Below, piece by piece: positions 45,133 to 54,151 of a stretch of 54,151 nucleotides of DNA. The DNA is from Candidatus Limnocylindrales bacterium. Its GTDB lineage: Bacteria; Chloroflexota; Limnocylindria; Limnocylindrales; CSP1-4. The notes beneath the pieces were generated by a model, which saw only the letters and a program-made list of their open reading frames with translations, did not search any database and was not told the DNA's origin. The position numbers were made by a program, and so were the translations under genes. How positions within the stretch are numbered: position 1 is the stretch's first letter; each line of letters begins with the position of its first letter. The DNA lies in assembly GCA_038915165.1 (NCBI GenBank), contig JBCLDE010000005.1:1-54151 (forward strand), written 5' to 3'.

Positions 45133-46260
45133 ATGGCGGACGCATGGAACATCCGGCTGGTCGGGCACACGGATCTCGGTGGCCAAGGGGATGGCATGCA
45201 CGTCGGATTCAAGGACGGGTATGCGTTCATCGGTCACATGGGGGAGACAGGGACCTCGATCGTCGATATCCGCGATCCTCGGGATCCACGGCTGGTCGGC
45301 CGGATCCCGGTCGGCGGGGACACCCATGCGCACAAGGTCCAGATCTCGGGCGACATCCTGATCACGAACCGGGAACTCATCCCGCGCCGGACCGGTCCGC
45401 ACGTCGCCGGCCTGATGGTCTACAACATCTCCAACCCGACGGCGCCGCGCGAGATCGGGTTCTGGCCGTGCGGCGGCCTGGGCGTCCACCGGATGACCTG
45501 GTGGGATGGGCCACTCGCGTACGTGACGGCCGGCGACGACGAGATCGAAGGTCAGTTCCTGGTCGTCCTTGACCTCTCCGAGCCGTCGCGCCCGACCGAA
45601 CTGGGCCGCTGGTGGATGCCCGGCCAGCGCCGCGGCGAACCCAATGACTGGGATGACAGCTGGCGGGTCAAGCTGCATCATGCGATCGTCCGAGACGGGC
45701 TCGCGTACTGTAGCTGGTGGGATGAGGGCCTCGTCGTCCTCGATGTCAGCGAGCCTACGGCGATCAGGAAGGTCGGCCAGCTGAACCTGGGACACGACGC
45801 GCAGCGCTCGACCCATACATTCTGCCCCTTGCCGGGCCGCGCCATCGCGGTGACGACGGAGGAGCGAATCATGCCGGGCTGCGATGGCGTGGCGCCGAAC
45901 GCCCACCTCGTCGACATCGCCGATCCCTCGAACCCGCGGCTGCTCTCGACCCTGCCCGTCCCGGAGGGCAACTTTTGCGCCCGTGGCGGGCGGTTCGGCC
46001 CGCACAACGTCAACGAACCCGAGCCCGGAGCGCTGGTGGACGGCAACACCGTATATCTGACGTATTTCAACGCTGGCGTGCGCGTCATCGACGTCAGCGA
46101 CGCGCTGAATCCCCGCGAGATCGCCTACTACGTGCCCGACGCCCCGCCCGGGCAGCCGACCACCCAGCTCAATGACATCACGGTGACGCCCGATGGGCTG
46201 ATCTATGTCACCGACCGGCTCGGCGGCGGCCTCTACATCCTGGAGCGAACCGCCGGCTGA
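45133..46260 (+). CDS. LVIVD-repeat beta-propeller protein, His-rich (unknown function)
   Basis: Repeated (L/I)V.D.(S/R)(D/N/E)P..P units; His motifs HAHK, GVHR, LHH, STHT, RFGPHN; YFNAG.RV.D. Confidence 0.85.
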   Translation: MADAWNIRLVGHTDLGGQGDGMHVGFKDGYAFIGHMGETGTSIVDIRDPRDPRLVGRIPVGGDTHAHKVQISGDILITNRELIPRRTGPHVAGLMVYNISNPTAPREIGFWPCGGLGVHRMTWWDGPLAYVTAGDDEIEGQFLVVLDLSEPSRPTELGRWWMPGQRRGEPNDWDDSWRVKLHHAIVRDGLAYCSWWDEGLVVLDVSEPTAIRKVGQLNLGHDAQRSTHTFCPLPGRAIAVTTEERIMPGCDGVAPNAHLVDIADPSNPRLLSTLPVPEGNFCARGGRFGPHNVNEPEPGALVDGNTVYLTYFNAGVRVIDVSDALNPREIAYYVPDAPPGQPTTQLNDITVTPDGLIYVTDRLGGGLYILERTAG

Positions 46261-46356
46261 TCCTCGAACACCCTTCACCGACTCGGAGGAACCTAGATCG
46301 CGGTCTGCACCGATGCCGAGAGACGGCGACCCGGGCACCCGATCCTCGACGCCCCG

Positions 46357-46690
46357 GTCGATGACGACGGAGACATCCAGGCGGTCCTCGACGAGCGCAT
46401 CGAACGCGAGATCGACCGGCTCGACCGACAGGGATTCCCCGAAGGTCCGCCAGCGGGCCACCAGCCGGTTCGGTCGAAGGGACAGCTCCACGAGCTCGCG
46501 GCCGACGTCGGTCAGCGACGCGAGCGTGTCCCCGCAGTTCCCCGAGAGCTGGGTCGTGAATCCCTGGCGCAGGTGGCTGACCAGCGCCCCATCGACGAAG
46601 AGCGAGCCATCGGAATGCCCGTGGGGATCGATGAACCCGGGAGCCACGACCCGGCCGCGCGCTTCGATGACCCGCGCGACGGCGACTGAC
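46357..46690 (-). pseudogene. Remnant of an N-acyl-D-amino-acid deacylase (amidohydrolase)
   Basis: A.GRVVAPGFIDPHGHSD...QGFTT..SGNCG is the D-aminoacylase N-terminal signature; no proper N-terminus and only ~110 codons are recognisable. Confidence 0.75.
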
Positions 46691-46714
46691 CGGAGGCGAC
46701 TCAAGGCGACCGGA

Positions 46715-46723
46715 TGCTACACT
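46715..46723 (+). promoter_or_regulatory. Extended -10 promoter element (TGcTACACT) for tRNA-Ala
   Basis: TGnTAnnnT ending 12 nt before the tRNA 5' end. Confidence 0.55.
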
Positions 46724-46734
46724 CCGCCTTCCGT

Positions 46735-46810
46735 GGGGCTATAGCTCAGTTGGAAGAGCACCTGCATGGCATGCAGGGGGTCCGGGGTTCGAGTCCCCGT
46801 AGCTCCACCA
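46735..46810 (+). tRNA. tRNA-Ala (anticodon GGC)
   Basis: GGGGCTA...TAGCTCC acceptor stem with G3:U70, D-arm, CCTGC-AT-GGC-AT-GCAGG anticodon arm, GGTTCGAGTCC, encoded CCA; 76 nt. Confidence 0.98.
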
Positions 46811-46831
46811 GATACGTGGACACCGCCGACC

Positions 46832-46860
46832 TTCACCCCTCGCCGACGGCGGGGGGTGAA
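46832..46860 (+). terminator. Stem-loop downstream of tRNA-Ala
   Basis: TTCACCCCTCGCC-GAC-GGCGGGGGGTGAA, 13-bp stem with one G:U; no U-tract. Confidence 0.55.
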
Positions 46861-46894
46861 CCGTCTCCGGCGGATCGATCGACGAGAGGCCTCC

Positions 46895-49444
46895 GTGACC
46901 GAGACCGCCGACAGCCGCACCAGGGTGGAGCGCTACGACCCCACCGCGATCGAGCCGCGCTGGCAGTCGCGCTGGGCGGAGCTGGAGCTGTACGAGACGG
47001 ACCTCGCCGACGAGTCCCGGCCCAAGTACTACCTCCTCACGATGTATCCCTACCCGTCAGGTGACCTCCACATCGGTCACTGGTACATCAAGACGCCGAC
47101 CGATGCCCTTGCACGTTTCCGTCGCATGCACGGCTACAACGTGTTCTTCCCGATCGGCTTCGATGCGTTCGGCCTGCCCGCGGAGAACGCGGCCATCAAG
47201 AACGGCGGCCACCCGTTCACGTGGACGATGCAGAACATCGAGAACATGCGCCGGCAGCTGCGCTCGATGGGCGCGACCTTTGCCTGGAAGGCGGAGGTCG
47301 TGACCGCGGACCCCGAGTACTACAAGTGGAACCAGTGGCTCTTCCTGCGCTTCCTGGAGGCGGGGCTCGCCTACCGCGCGATGTCCGCCGTCGACTGGTG
47401 CCCCAACGACGGAACCCTCGCGCGCGAGCAGGTCGAGGGCACGGAGCGGCGCTGCTGGCGGTGCGGCGCTCCGGTCGAGAAGCGGGACCTCGAGCAGTGG
47501 TTCCTGCGCACCACCCGCTACGCCGACGAGTTGCTCGACTTCTCCGGTCTCGACTGGCCGGAGCCGATCAAGATCATGCAGACCAACTGGATCGGCCGGT
47601 CGGAAGGGGCGGAGATCGACTTCGAGGTCGCGCCCGACGGCTTCCAGTCGGGCGGTGAGCGCATCCGCGTCTTCACGACGCGGCCGGACACGCTCTTTGG
47701 GGCGACCTTCATGGTCCTGGCCCCGGAACACCCACTGGTCGCCCGGCTGACCCATCCGGACCGCCGCGCAGAGGTGGACCTCTACGTCGAGCAGGCCCGC
47801 CGGCAGACGGAGATCGAACGCCTCTCGACCGACCGGGCCAAGACCGGCGTCGCGCTGGGGGCCATGGCGATCAACCCGGTCAGCGGCGAGCGGATCCCGA
47901 TCTACATCGCCGACTACGTGCTGTCCGGCTACGGGACCGGCGCGATCATGGCCGTGCCCGCCCACGACCAGCGCGACTTCGAGTTCGCGAAGAAGTTCGG
48001 GCTGGAGATCCGCCGGGTCGTGGCCGCGCCAGGGACCGCGGCCGACGCGCCGATGGATGACGCCTACGTCGCCCACGCCGCCGACGAGCGCTTGGTCAAC
48101 AGCGACCGATTCGACGGCACGCTGGCCGACGAGGGCGGCAAGGCGATCGTGGACTGGCTGGCCGAGCGGGGCCGCGCCGAGCCGAAGGTCACCTACCGTT
48201 TGCGCGACTGGCTGATCAGCCGGCAGCGCTACTGGGGGACGCCCATCCCGGTCATCTACTGCGAGCGCGACGGGATCGTGCCGGTGCCCGACGACCAGCT
48301 CCCGGTGCGACTGCCCGAGACCGTCGACTACGCGGGCAGCGGCGACAACCCGCTGAACCACGACCAGGCGTTCCTGCGGGTCGACTGCCCGCGCTGCGGC
48401 CAGCCGGCGCGGCGCGAGACGGACACCATGGACACCTTCATGGACTCGTCCTGGTACTGGTACCGATACCTGTCACCAAACCACTCGGACGGACCGGTGG
48501 ACCGGGCGCTGACCGACCGTTGGACGCCGGTGGACCAGTACACCGGCGGCGCCGAACACGCCGTGATGCACCTGCTCTACAGCCGCTTCTTCACCAAGGC
48601 GATGGCCGACTGTGGCTTGATCGGCCAGCGCGAGCCGTTCAGGCGGCTGTTCAACCAGGGCCAGATCCTGGGCGCCGATGGCGAGCGCATGAGCAAGTCG
48701 CGCGGCAACGTCCAGGACCCCGATGAGCTCGTGCAGCGCTATGGCGCAGACACCGTTCGACTCTTCCTGATGTTCATGGGTCCGTGGGATCAGGGCGGTC
48801 CGTGGAGCCCCACCGGGATCGGGGGTGTCCATCGCTTCCTGAACCGGGTCTGGACCCTCGTCATCGACGCCCACGGGCGCGAGCCGGGCGATCCCGATGC
48901 CGGGTCGCTGCCGCCCGGCGAGTCCGGGGCGGACGCACGGGTGGCCATCCGGTCGGCCGCGCACCGCACGTTGCGCGACGTCTCGGTGGATTACGAGGCG
49001 TTCCGCTTCAACACGATGATCGCCAAGCTGATGGAGCTGGCCAACACGTTGTTCCGCTACCGCGGGAGCGAGGTCGCGGGTTCGACCGAGTGGGACGAGG
49101 CGATCCGCCTGCTGCTGCTCATGCTCGCCCCGGCTGCGCCGCACATCACCGAGGAACTGTGGAGCCGGCGCCTGGCCGAGGCAAACGAGCCGTGGGCGTC
49201 CATCCACACCCAGACCTGGCCGGAGGTCGACCCGAGCGCAGTCGTCGAGTCGACCCGCGAGATCCCGATCCAGGTGAACGGCAAACTGCGCGACAAGGTC
49301 ACGGTGCCCGCCGACGCGAGCCAGGCCGACATCGAAGCGGCCGTCCTTGGCCGCGACCGGATCCAGGCCATCCTCGACGGCCGGGCGCCGGACCGGATCA
49401 TCGTCGCCGGCGGCGGCAAGCTGGTGAACCTGGTCGTCCGATGA
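46895..49444 (+). CDS. leuS: Leucine--tRNA ligase
   Basis: [76 protein letters not shown]. Confidence 0.99.
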   Translation: MTETADSRTRVERYDPTAIEPRWQSRWAELELYETDLADESRPKYYLLTMYPYPSGDLHIGHWYIKTPTDALARFRRMHGYNVFFPIGFDAFGLPAENAAIKNGGHPFTWTMQNIENMRRQLRSMGATFAWKAEVVTADPEYYKWNQWLFLRFLEAGLAYRAMSAVDWCPNDGTLAREQVEGTERRCWRCGAPVEKRDLEQWFLRTTRYADELLDFSGLDWPEPIKIMQTNWIGRSEGAEIDFEVAPDGFQSGGERIRVFTTRPDTLFGATFMVLAPEHPLVARLTHPDRRAEVDLYVEQARRQTEIERLSTDRAKTGVALGAMAINPVSGERIPIYIADYVLSGYGTGAIMAVPAHDQRDFEFAKKFGLEIRRVVAAPGTAADAPMDDAYVAHAADERLVNSDRFDGTLADEGGKAIVDWLAERGRAEPKVTYRLRDWLISRQRYWGTPIPVIYCERDGIVPVPDDQLPVRLPETVDYAGSGDNPLNHDQAFLRVDCPRCGQPARRETDTMDTFMDSSWYWYRYLSPNHSDGPVDRALTDRWTPVDQYTGGAEHAVMHLLYSRFFTKAMADCGLIGQREPFRRLFNQGQILGADGERMSKSRGNVQDPDELVQRYGADTVRLFLMFMGPWDQGGPWSPTGIGGVHRFLNRVWTLVIDAHGREPGDPDAGSLPPGESGADARVAIRSAAHRTLRDVSVDYEAFRFNTMIAKLMELANTLFRYRGSEVAGSTEWDEAIRLLLLMLAPAAPHITEELWSRRLAEANEPWASIHTQTWPEVDPSAVVESTREIPIQVNGKLRDKVTVPADASQADIEAAVLGRDRIQAILDGRAPDRIIVAGGGKLVNLVVR

Positions 49445-49747
49445 CGGAGCTGTCGGAGGACGCGGCGGCGCTCGATCGACACCTCGACGCGGCGGCACCG
49501 GCCGTCGCCGATATCGCCCGCCCTCAGAGTGACCGTTCAACCTCAGTCGGTGTCGGGCGACGACGTTCGGTCACGCTGCGATCGCGCTGATCTCTCGGCC
49601 GCGGCCTCCTACCTGTCGCTCGTAGTCGATACAGACACTGTCGAGCTGATCGAGGACCGCCTGAAGGCTGCCGCATCGTCGGGTTGCACGCACCACACTG
49701 ACGAGGCGGCGAATGCCGCCGGCAGCGCATCCCCGTAGACTGCCAGG

Positions 49748-50686
49748 ATGAACGACCTGAAACTAGGCGCCCTCTGCTGGAACCAATACACCGACTGGGC
49801 ATCGTTGCTCGAGGCCGGCCAACGGGCGGACCAGTTGGGCTATGACACGCTCTGGACGTGGGATCATCTCTATCCCATCGTCGGCAGCTCCGATGGGCCG
49901 ATCCTGGAGGGCTGGCTGACGCTGGCGGCCTGGGCCCAGGCGACGGAGCGCGTGCGGATCGGGCTGATGGTCGGAGCGAACACCCTCCGAGAGCCGGCCA
50001 TGACCGCGAAGATGGCCACCACCCTCGACCACATCTCCGGCGGTCGGGCCATCCTGGGCATCGGCGGCGCCTGGTTCGAGGAAGAGCACGTCGCCTACGG
50101 CATCCCCTTCGGGAGTGGCTTCCCGGAACGGCTGCGCTGGCTGGGCGAGGCGCTGCCGATCATGCGCGGCATGCTCCACGGAGAGCGGCCCACCGCATCA
50201 GGCCCGCGCTACTCGGCGACCGCCGTCCGCAACGACCCAATGCCGGTCCAGGAACGGCTGCCCATCCTCATCGGTGGGGGCGGCGAGCAGGTCACGCTGA
50301 AGCTCGTCGCCCGCTACGGCGACGCGAACAACGTCGGTGGAGGCCTGGAGAATGTGACACGCAAGGAAGCGATCCTGGTCCAGCACTGCGAGACGGTGGG
50401 GCGCGACCCGGCCGAGATCGAACGGACCACGGGGATCGGCACGGTCATCATCCGCGACTCGCGCGCCGAGGCGGAGCGGGTCCATGCCGAGGTCTTCGAG
50501 CGCAACGGGAAGGCCGATCGCTGGAAGGACCAGCCGGTCGGCACGCCCGAGGACGTCGCCGAGCGGCTCGCGCCATTCCTCGAGATCGGCTATCGCCACC
50601 TCATTGCCGGGTTCCCGGCCCCGTACGACACGGAGTCGATGACCCGTTTCGCGGCGGAGGTCAGGCCGCTGGTCGAGCGAGGCTAG
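49748..50686 (+). CDS. LLM-class (probably F420-dependent) oxidoreductase
   Basis: GYD.LW.WDH.YP, EGW.TLAA.A..T..VR.G.MV, AKMATTLDHISGGR.ILGIG..W.E.E, IGGGGE..TL..VA. Confidence 0.93.
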   Translation: MNDLKLGALCWNQYTDWASLLEAGQRADQLGYDTLWTWDHLYPIVGSSDGPILEGWLTLAAWAQATERVRIGLMVGANTLREPAMTAKMATTLDHISGGRAILGIGGAWFEEEHVAYGIPFGSGFPERLRWLGEALPIMRGMLHGERPTASGPRYSATAVRNDPMPVQERLPILIGGGGEQVTLKLVARYGDANNVGGGLENVTRKEAILVQHCETVGRDPAEIERTTGIGTVIIRDSRAEAERVHAEVFERNGKADRWKDQPVGTPEDVAERLAPFLEIGYRHLIAGFPAPYDTESMTRFAAEVRPLVERG

Positions 50687-50704
50687 GTCCCGGGGCCAGG
50701 GAAA

Positions 50705-50910
50705 CATTTGTCCGAGGCTGAGCGCGGACGCCCCTCGGCACGGTGGACGGTGCGCCCGACGTCTGCACGACCACCAAGGAGTGGCCGCTCGTCTCGCGCG
50801 TCCTTCACGGAGGAAGGCGGGCACTGGTCGGACACGGTGATCTGGGCCAAGGATCAGTCCGTCCTCGGACGCACCGATCACCAGCGCGTCCAGCAGGCCT
50901 GGCATGCATC
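50705..50910 (+). pseudogene. Frameshifted fragment of a phage-type N4/N6 DNA methyltransferase
   Basis: VDGA..VC...KEWPLVSRVL in one frame continues as GGHWSDTVIWAKDQ.VLGR.D.QR in another, resembling the GGHWSxxIIWAK..F.LGRxDYQR motif of ParB-linked phage methylases. Confidence 0.6.
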
Positions 50911-51050
50911 GTCCGGGCGGGTGTCTCCGAGGCAGGGTCGGATGACCCGTCGGATCGGGACAAATGGCTCTGGCGGCCGGAGAGGCCAGCTGCGGAACCT
51001 GAGCCTGGACGAGGCTCCGCGGCCCTGCGGCGTCCCGGGAGGTGGTGGCG

Positions 51051-51428
51051 ATGAAGTGGATCGCGATCATGTTCCTCGCGATCGGCGCGTTTGTGCTGGC
51101 CGGGCTTATGGCTATCGCCAACCCGGGGGCGGCGGGAGGACCCGTCGAGATCGTCATGACCGAGATGCGGTTCAGCCCCAACCGGATCGATGCGCGAGTC
51201 GGCCAGCCGGTGGTCCTGATCATCGTCAACCGGGGCAGCCAGCGCCATGATCTGGCGTTCGCAGCGGGTGGGATGCCGAACCTCCAGGGAGTGGAGACGC
51301 TCACGATGCCGGGTCAGTCGACGCGCCTGACCCTGACCCTCGGCAGCGCGGGCGTGTACCCTTTCCTGTGCACGATCCCGGGTCATGCCGCGGCCGGCAT
51401 GACCGGCGCCGTGTACATCTCGCCCTGA
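51051..51428 (+). CDS. Secreted or membrane-anchored cupredoxin (blue copper) domain protein
   Basis: N-terminal hydrophobic helix, F.P..I....G, N.G...HD, type-1 Cu motif C.IPGH...GM.G. Confidence 0.88.
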   Translation: MKWIAIMFLAIGAFVLAGLMAIANPGAAGGPVEIVMTEMRFSPNRIDARVGQPVVLIIVNRGSQRHDLAFAAGGMPNLQGVETLTMPGQSTRLTLTLGSAGVYPFLCTIPGHAAAGMTGAVYISP

Positions 51429-51768
51429 GCTGTTCGGAACGCTATTGGGTGCCCGGCGAGCCCGACGCCGCGGGCGGCCCGGCCGTTGCGGGCGTCGAGC
51501 TGCGATGGACGAGACCACGGCCGCATCCGGGGCCAGATGTCCATCATTCCGGCGCACGGTGAGGCCAGATCAGAGTGTCATATCCAGATCTTCTACCGGC
51601 TCGCCCGTGACGATGTGTATCGCCTTGCCGAGAGCGATCGCGTCACTGGATGGGATCGGCCACGCGAGCGTGCTGCCGGAGCAGGTCGTCCAGAGTGACG
51701 GACTCGTCGCACCCGCGCGATCCGCCGCTCGTCATCGTTCCGCAACATGCCGGTCGTACCATCCGGCC

Positions 51769-52182
51769 ATGAGTAACACGAAGACGACCCACGTATCCAC
51801 CAAGTCCGACGCCGAGTGGCGGGCCGGATTGACCCCCGAGCGATACCGGATCCTGCGCGAGAAGGCGACCGAGCGCGCCTTCACGGGCGACCTGTGGGAC
51901 GAACACCGCGCCGGGACCTACCGCTGCGCCGGCTGTGGCTCGGAGCTGTTCCGCTCCGAGGCGAAGTTCGACTCGGGGACCGGCTGGCCAAGCTTCTTCT
52001 CGGCCGCAGACCCTGAGGCGGTCGCGACGAAGACGGACCGTTCCCTGTTCGCGACCCGGACCGAGGCGCTGTGCGCCTCCTGCGGCGGACATCTCGGCCA
52101 CGTCTTCGACGATGGGCCGAACCCGACTGGCCTCCGGTACTGCATCAACTCGGCGGCACTCGAGCTCGATCCCGCGGACTGA
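51769..52182 (+). CDS. msrB: Peptide-methionine (R)-S-oxide reductase
   Basis: KS..EWR..LTP..Y..LR...[41 protein letters not shown]. Confidence 0.98.
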   Translation: MSNTKTTHVSTKSDAEWRAGLTPERYRILREKATERAFTGDLWDEHRAGTYRCAGCGSELFRSEAKFDSGTGWPSFFSAADPEAVATKTDRSLFATRTEALCASCGGHLGHVFDDGPNPTGLRYCINSAALELDPAD

Positions 52183-52417
52183 GGGGCTCCGAGGCGATCG
52201 AGCCAGGTGCCAGGACGTTCCGCTGTCCGACCGGCGATATCGCCTTGGGTGCCTCCCGATCCTGGGACGCGATCGCGACGACGGGAGTGGAGCGGGGGCC
52301 GTGCTGAGCCTGGCGCGACGAGACCTCCGGCAAGGGCGCTCGATGGCGACGAACGTCTCGAAACGTCGCTGGTGCTGCCGCAGACAGACTGAGACGACCG
52401 GCCGCGGCGGTCGGCCG

Positions 52418-53179
52418 TCAGGCGGGTCGCGGCGAGGTCGACACCCGGTCGAGGCGGATCGCCTGCACGCCCAAGGCGAACCAGCCCGCGGCAAAGCAGA
52501 TGATGCCGGGGTACAACGCGACGACCCCGAGACTCCCCCCTTGCTGGTAATCGGTCGACGCCACGCCGAACCCGACGACCAAGATAGCCGGGGCGGCCAC
52601 GAGCAGGAGGGCGGCTTGGGTCGAGAGGACCGCCGTACGGTAGGTCACGATCCCGAACAGCACCGATCCGATGACGACGGTGAAGAAGCCAAGCAAAAAG
52701 ACGGCGTAGAACCCATCGGCGTCCAGGGCGAGCCCGAAGATCGCGACGGTGGTCGCCACCGTCCCGACCGCGAGCACCGTGAAGGCGGCCCAGGACAGGC
52801 GCGGGTGGATCCGCGCCTGGAACGCGCTCAGGCCGGCGAGGGCCACGAGTAGCGCCAGCGACCCGGTGAGGATCAGGAGCGACAGGACGACATCGTCGAT
52901 TATCACGAAGGTGCCGGAGCCCAGGAACAGGGCCAGCGACACGAGTGCTGCACCGATGATGGCGGCGAACCCGCCGATGCGGAGTGTCATGGTGAATCCT
53001 CTTTCATGTTCGGTGGTGGCTCCATGGCCGCGCAGCCAGAGCTGAGCGTCGAGGGCGCCGAGGAGGATGTCCGCCAGGTCGAACGGCCCGAGCGGGCGCT
53101 CGTCGAGGATGGCCTCGAACTCGTCGCCGTAGCGGGCCCGCCAACGGGCGGGATAGAGCCGGATCAGGAGCGACCTCAC
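52418..53179 (-). CDS. PadR-associated membrane protein (hypothetical)
   Basis: L.RLYP..WR.RYG.EF N-terminus typical of genes following padR; several TM segments; GTGA overlap with padR. Confidence 0.8.
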   Translation of the reverse strand: MRSLLIRLYPARWRARYGDEFEAILDERPLGPFDLADILLGALDAQLWLRGHGATTEHERGFTMTLRIGGFAAIIGAALVSLALFLGSGTFVIIDDVVLSLLILTGSLALLVALAGLSAFQARIHPRLSWAAFTVLAVGTVATTVAIFGLALDADGFYAVFLLGFFTVVIGSVLFGIVTYRTAVLSTQAALLLVAAPAILVVGFGVASTDYQQGGSLGVVALYPGIICFAAGWFALGVQAIRLDRVSTSPRPA

Positions 53180-53499
53180 GGCTGGCTCTCGCCCAGCTGT
53201 CGAAGGCCCCGCTGGGCGAACGCCGACAGGCCGCGGAGTTGCTCGGCGAGGTTGGACGCCCCGACCGCCGTGAGGCGATACGGCCGGCGCCGATCGACCG
53301 GGGTCAGCGCCTCGATGAGGCCCTGCGCCTCGAGCCGGACCAGCGCGGCGTAGAGGGTGCCGGCGCCCATCGGCCGGCCGGTCCCGCGCTCGATGTCCTG
53401 CATCATCGCGTAGCCGTGCTTCGGCCCGTCGCTGAGGCTGGTCAGGATGAGCAGCGACGGTTCGGCGAACCGCCCGAACTCGGGGAGCTTCGGTTCCAT
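53176..53499 (-). CDS. PadR-family transcriptional regulator
   Basis: IL.SL.DGPKHGYA, G.GTLY.AL.RLE..GLI, RR.YRLT..G. Confidence 0.95.
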   Translation of the reverse strand: MEPKLPEFGRFAEPSLLILTSLSDGPKHGYAMMQDIERGTGRPMGAGTLYAALVRLEAQGLIEALTPVDRRRPYRLTAVGASNLAEQLRGLSAFAQRGLRQLGESQP

Positions 53500-53519
53500 G
53501 CAGGCCCCTCTTACGACTT

Positions 53520-53567
53520 TCGATATATCGATGGTCGATTTATACGCGCCAGTCGCGGTGATGTCAA
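53520..53567 (-). promoter_or_regulatory. Sigma70-type promoter of padR with a palindromic operator
   Basis: Minus strand TTGACA (53562-53567), 17-nt spacer, TATAAA (53539-53544); perfect palindrome TCGATATATCGA at 53520-53531. Confidence 0.75.
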
Positions 53568-53604
53568 GGGCTGAACTGATAAGCCGCAGCTAATCGCGCC
53601 TCGC

Positions 53605-54151
53605 TAAGTGCTGTGGCACGGATATTCGGTGATGTATTCACGCCGCCTCGGGCAGCGAGACCGCTCGCGCCGCCAGTCGCTCGAGGAGCCGGGCGAGGTC
53701 GGCTCGGGTGAACTTCCACTCGAACGGCTGGGCGAGGACCTCGTAGCGGGCCTGGAAGGCGAGGATCCTGGCAGCGAGCTCCTCGAGCGAGACGGTGTCG
53801 GGCGGGGTGAGGACCTTGCGCTCGAGGATGCTGAAGTAGATCTCGATCTGGTTGAGCCAGCTGGCATGGACCGGGAGATGGACGGGCACGAGCCGCGGGT
53901 AGGCCTCCGTGAGGCGGGTGACCGCGGCCTGGCCGCGATGGGAGCTGCCGTTGTCGAGGACCCAGAAGACGCGCCGCGCGCTCGCGTACGGCTCGGCGCC
54001 CATGACCTGGCTGACGAGCCGGCCGAACGGCTCGATGCCGGTCCTTGGCTCACAGCGCCCGAAGAGCTTCGCCCGATGCACGTCCCAGGCGGCGAGATAC
54101 TGAAGGGCCCCGCCGCGTTCGTACTCGAACTCGACGAGCATCGGATGGCGC
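53605..54151 (-). mobile_element. IS630-family insertion sequence, right part (truncated by the window end)
   Basis: Transposase C-terminus followed ~30 nt later by ...CCGTGCCACAGCACTTA, ending at a TA as expected for IS630. Confidence 0.85.
53638..54151 (-). CDS. IS630-family transposase (partial, DDE domain)
   Basis: EY.R.G....LAA.DV, VLDNGSSH, H.P.HASWLNQIE.YFS, PF.WKFT. Confidence 0.95.
   Translation of the reverse strand, partial: RHPMLVEFEYERGGALQYLAAWDVHRAKLFGRCEPRTGIEPFGRLVSQVMGAEPYASARRVFWVLDNGSSHRGQAAVTRLTEAYPRLVPVHLPVHASWLNQIEIYFSILERKVLTPPDTVSLEELAARILAFQARYEVLAQPFEWKFTRADLARLLERLAARAVSLPEAA

Noticed and set aside
45094-46356. 536-aa minus-strand ORF read as an intact amidohydrolase
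   Set aside because: Only the first ~110 codons resemble D-aminoacylase; the rest is antisense to the LVIVD gene
46735-46810. tRNA-Ala as the integration site of the island
   Set aside because: No integrase and no duplicated tRNA 3' end seen; the island is upstream of the tRNA
46811-46894. T-box riboswitch before leuS
   Set aside because: Leader is only ~85 nt and has no T-box consensus (AGGGTGGNACCGCG)
51429-51768. Short ORF 51486..51698 and the N-terminal extension of msrB
   Set aside because: No recognisable motif; msrB homology starts at 51769
53568-53604. GGGCTGAACTGATAAG as the end of another IS
   Set aside because: No partner inverted repeat or transposase in the window to support it
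1-54151. CRISPR array, cas genes, rRNA, anti-phage defence or intact phage genes
   Set aside because: No regularly spaced repeats or matching protein motifs were seen

Overview
GC-rich bacterial DNA; the style of leuS and the LLM genes suggests Chloroflexota, which is an unverified inference. About 46 kb (61-46260) is a dense catabolic island of roughly 42 genes. It encodes two TPP-dependent E1 alpha/beta pairs with a free-standing lipoyl domain and no E2/E3, a hydantoinase/oxoprolinase A+B pair, a four-subunit complex II (Sdh/Frd)-like enzyme whose dicarboxylate-binding residues are replaced, and two xanthine-oxidase-family Mo-hydroxylases (one an unusual large-subunit/2Fe-2S fusion). It also carries three LLM oxidoreductases, two nitrilase-family proteins (one lacking the catalytic Cys and carrying a possible GatC/AtzG-like tail), an amidase, an isochorismatase-family amidase, a bicupin, M24, M20 and alpha/beta hydrolases, an LVIVD protein, a split NitT/TauT ABC transporter, an MFS transporter and one GntR regulator. 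A palindromic GTATAC core recurs in most promoter regions of the island, consistent with one regulon. The best reading is an uncharacterised pathway for N-heteroaromatic, nitrile or amide compounds; the substrate cannot be determined from sequence. The right part is ordinary chromosome: a D-aminoacylase remnant, tRNA-Ala(GGC), leuS, an LLM gene, a DNA-methylase remnant, a cupredoxin, msrB, a PadR operon and the 3' part of an IS630 element. All motif calls were made by eye; no database searches were run.
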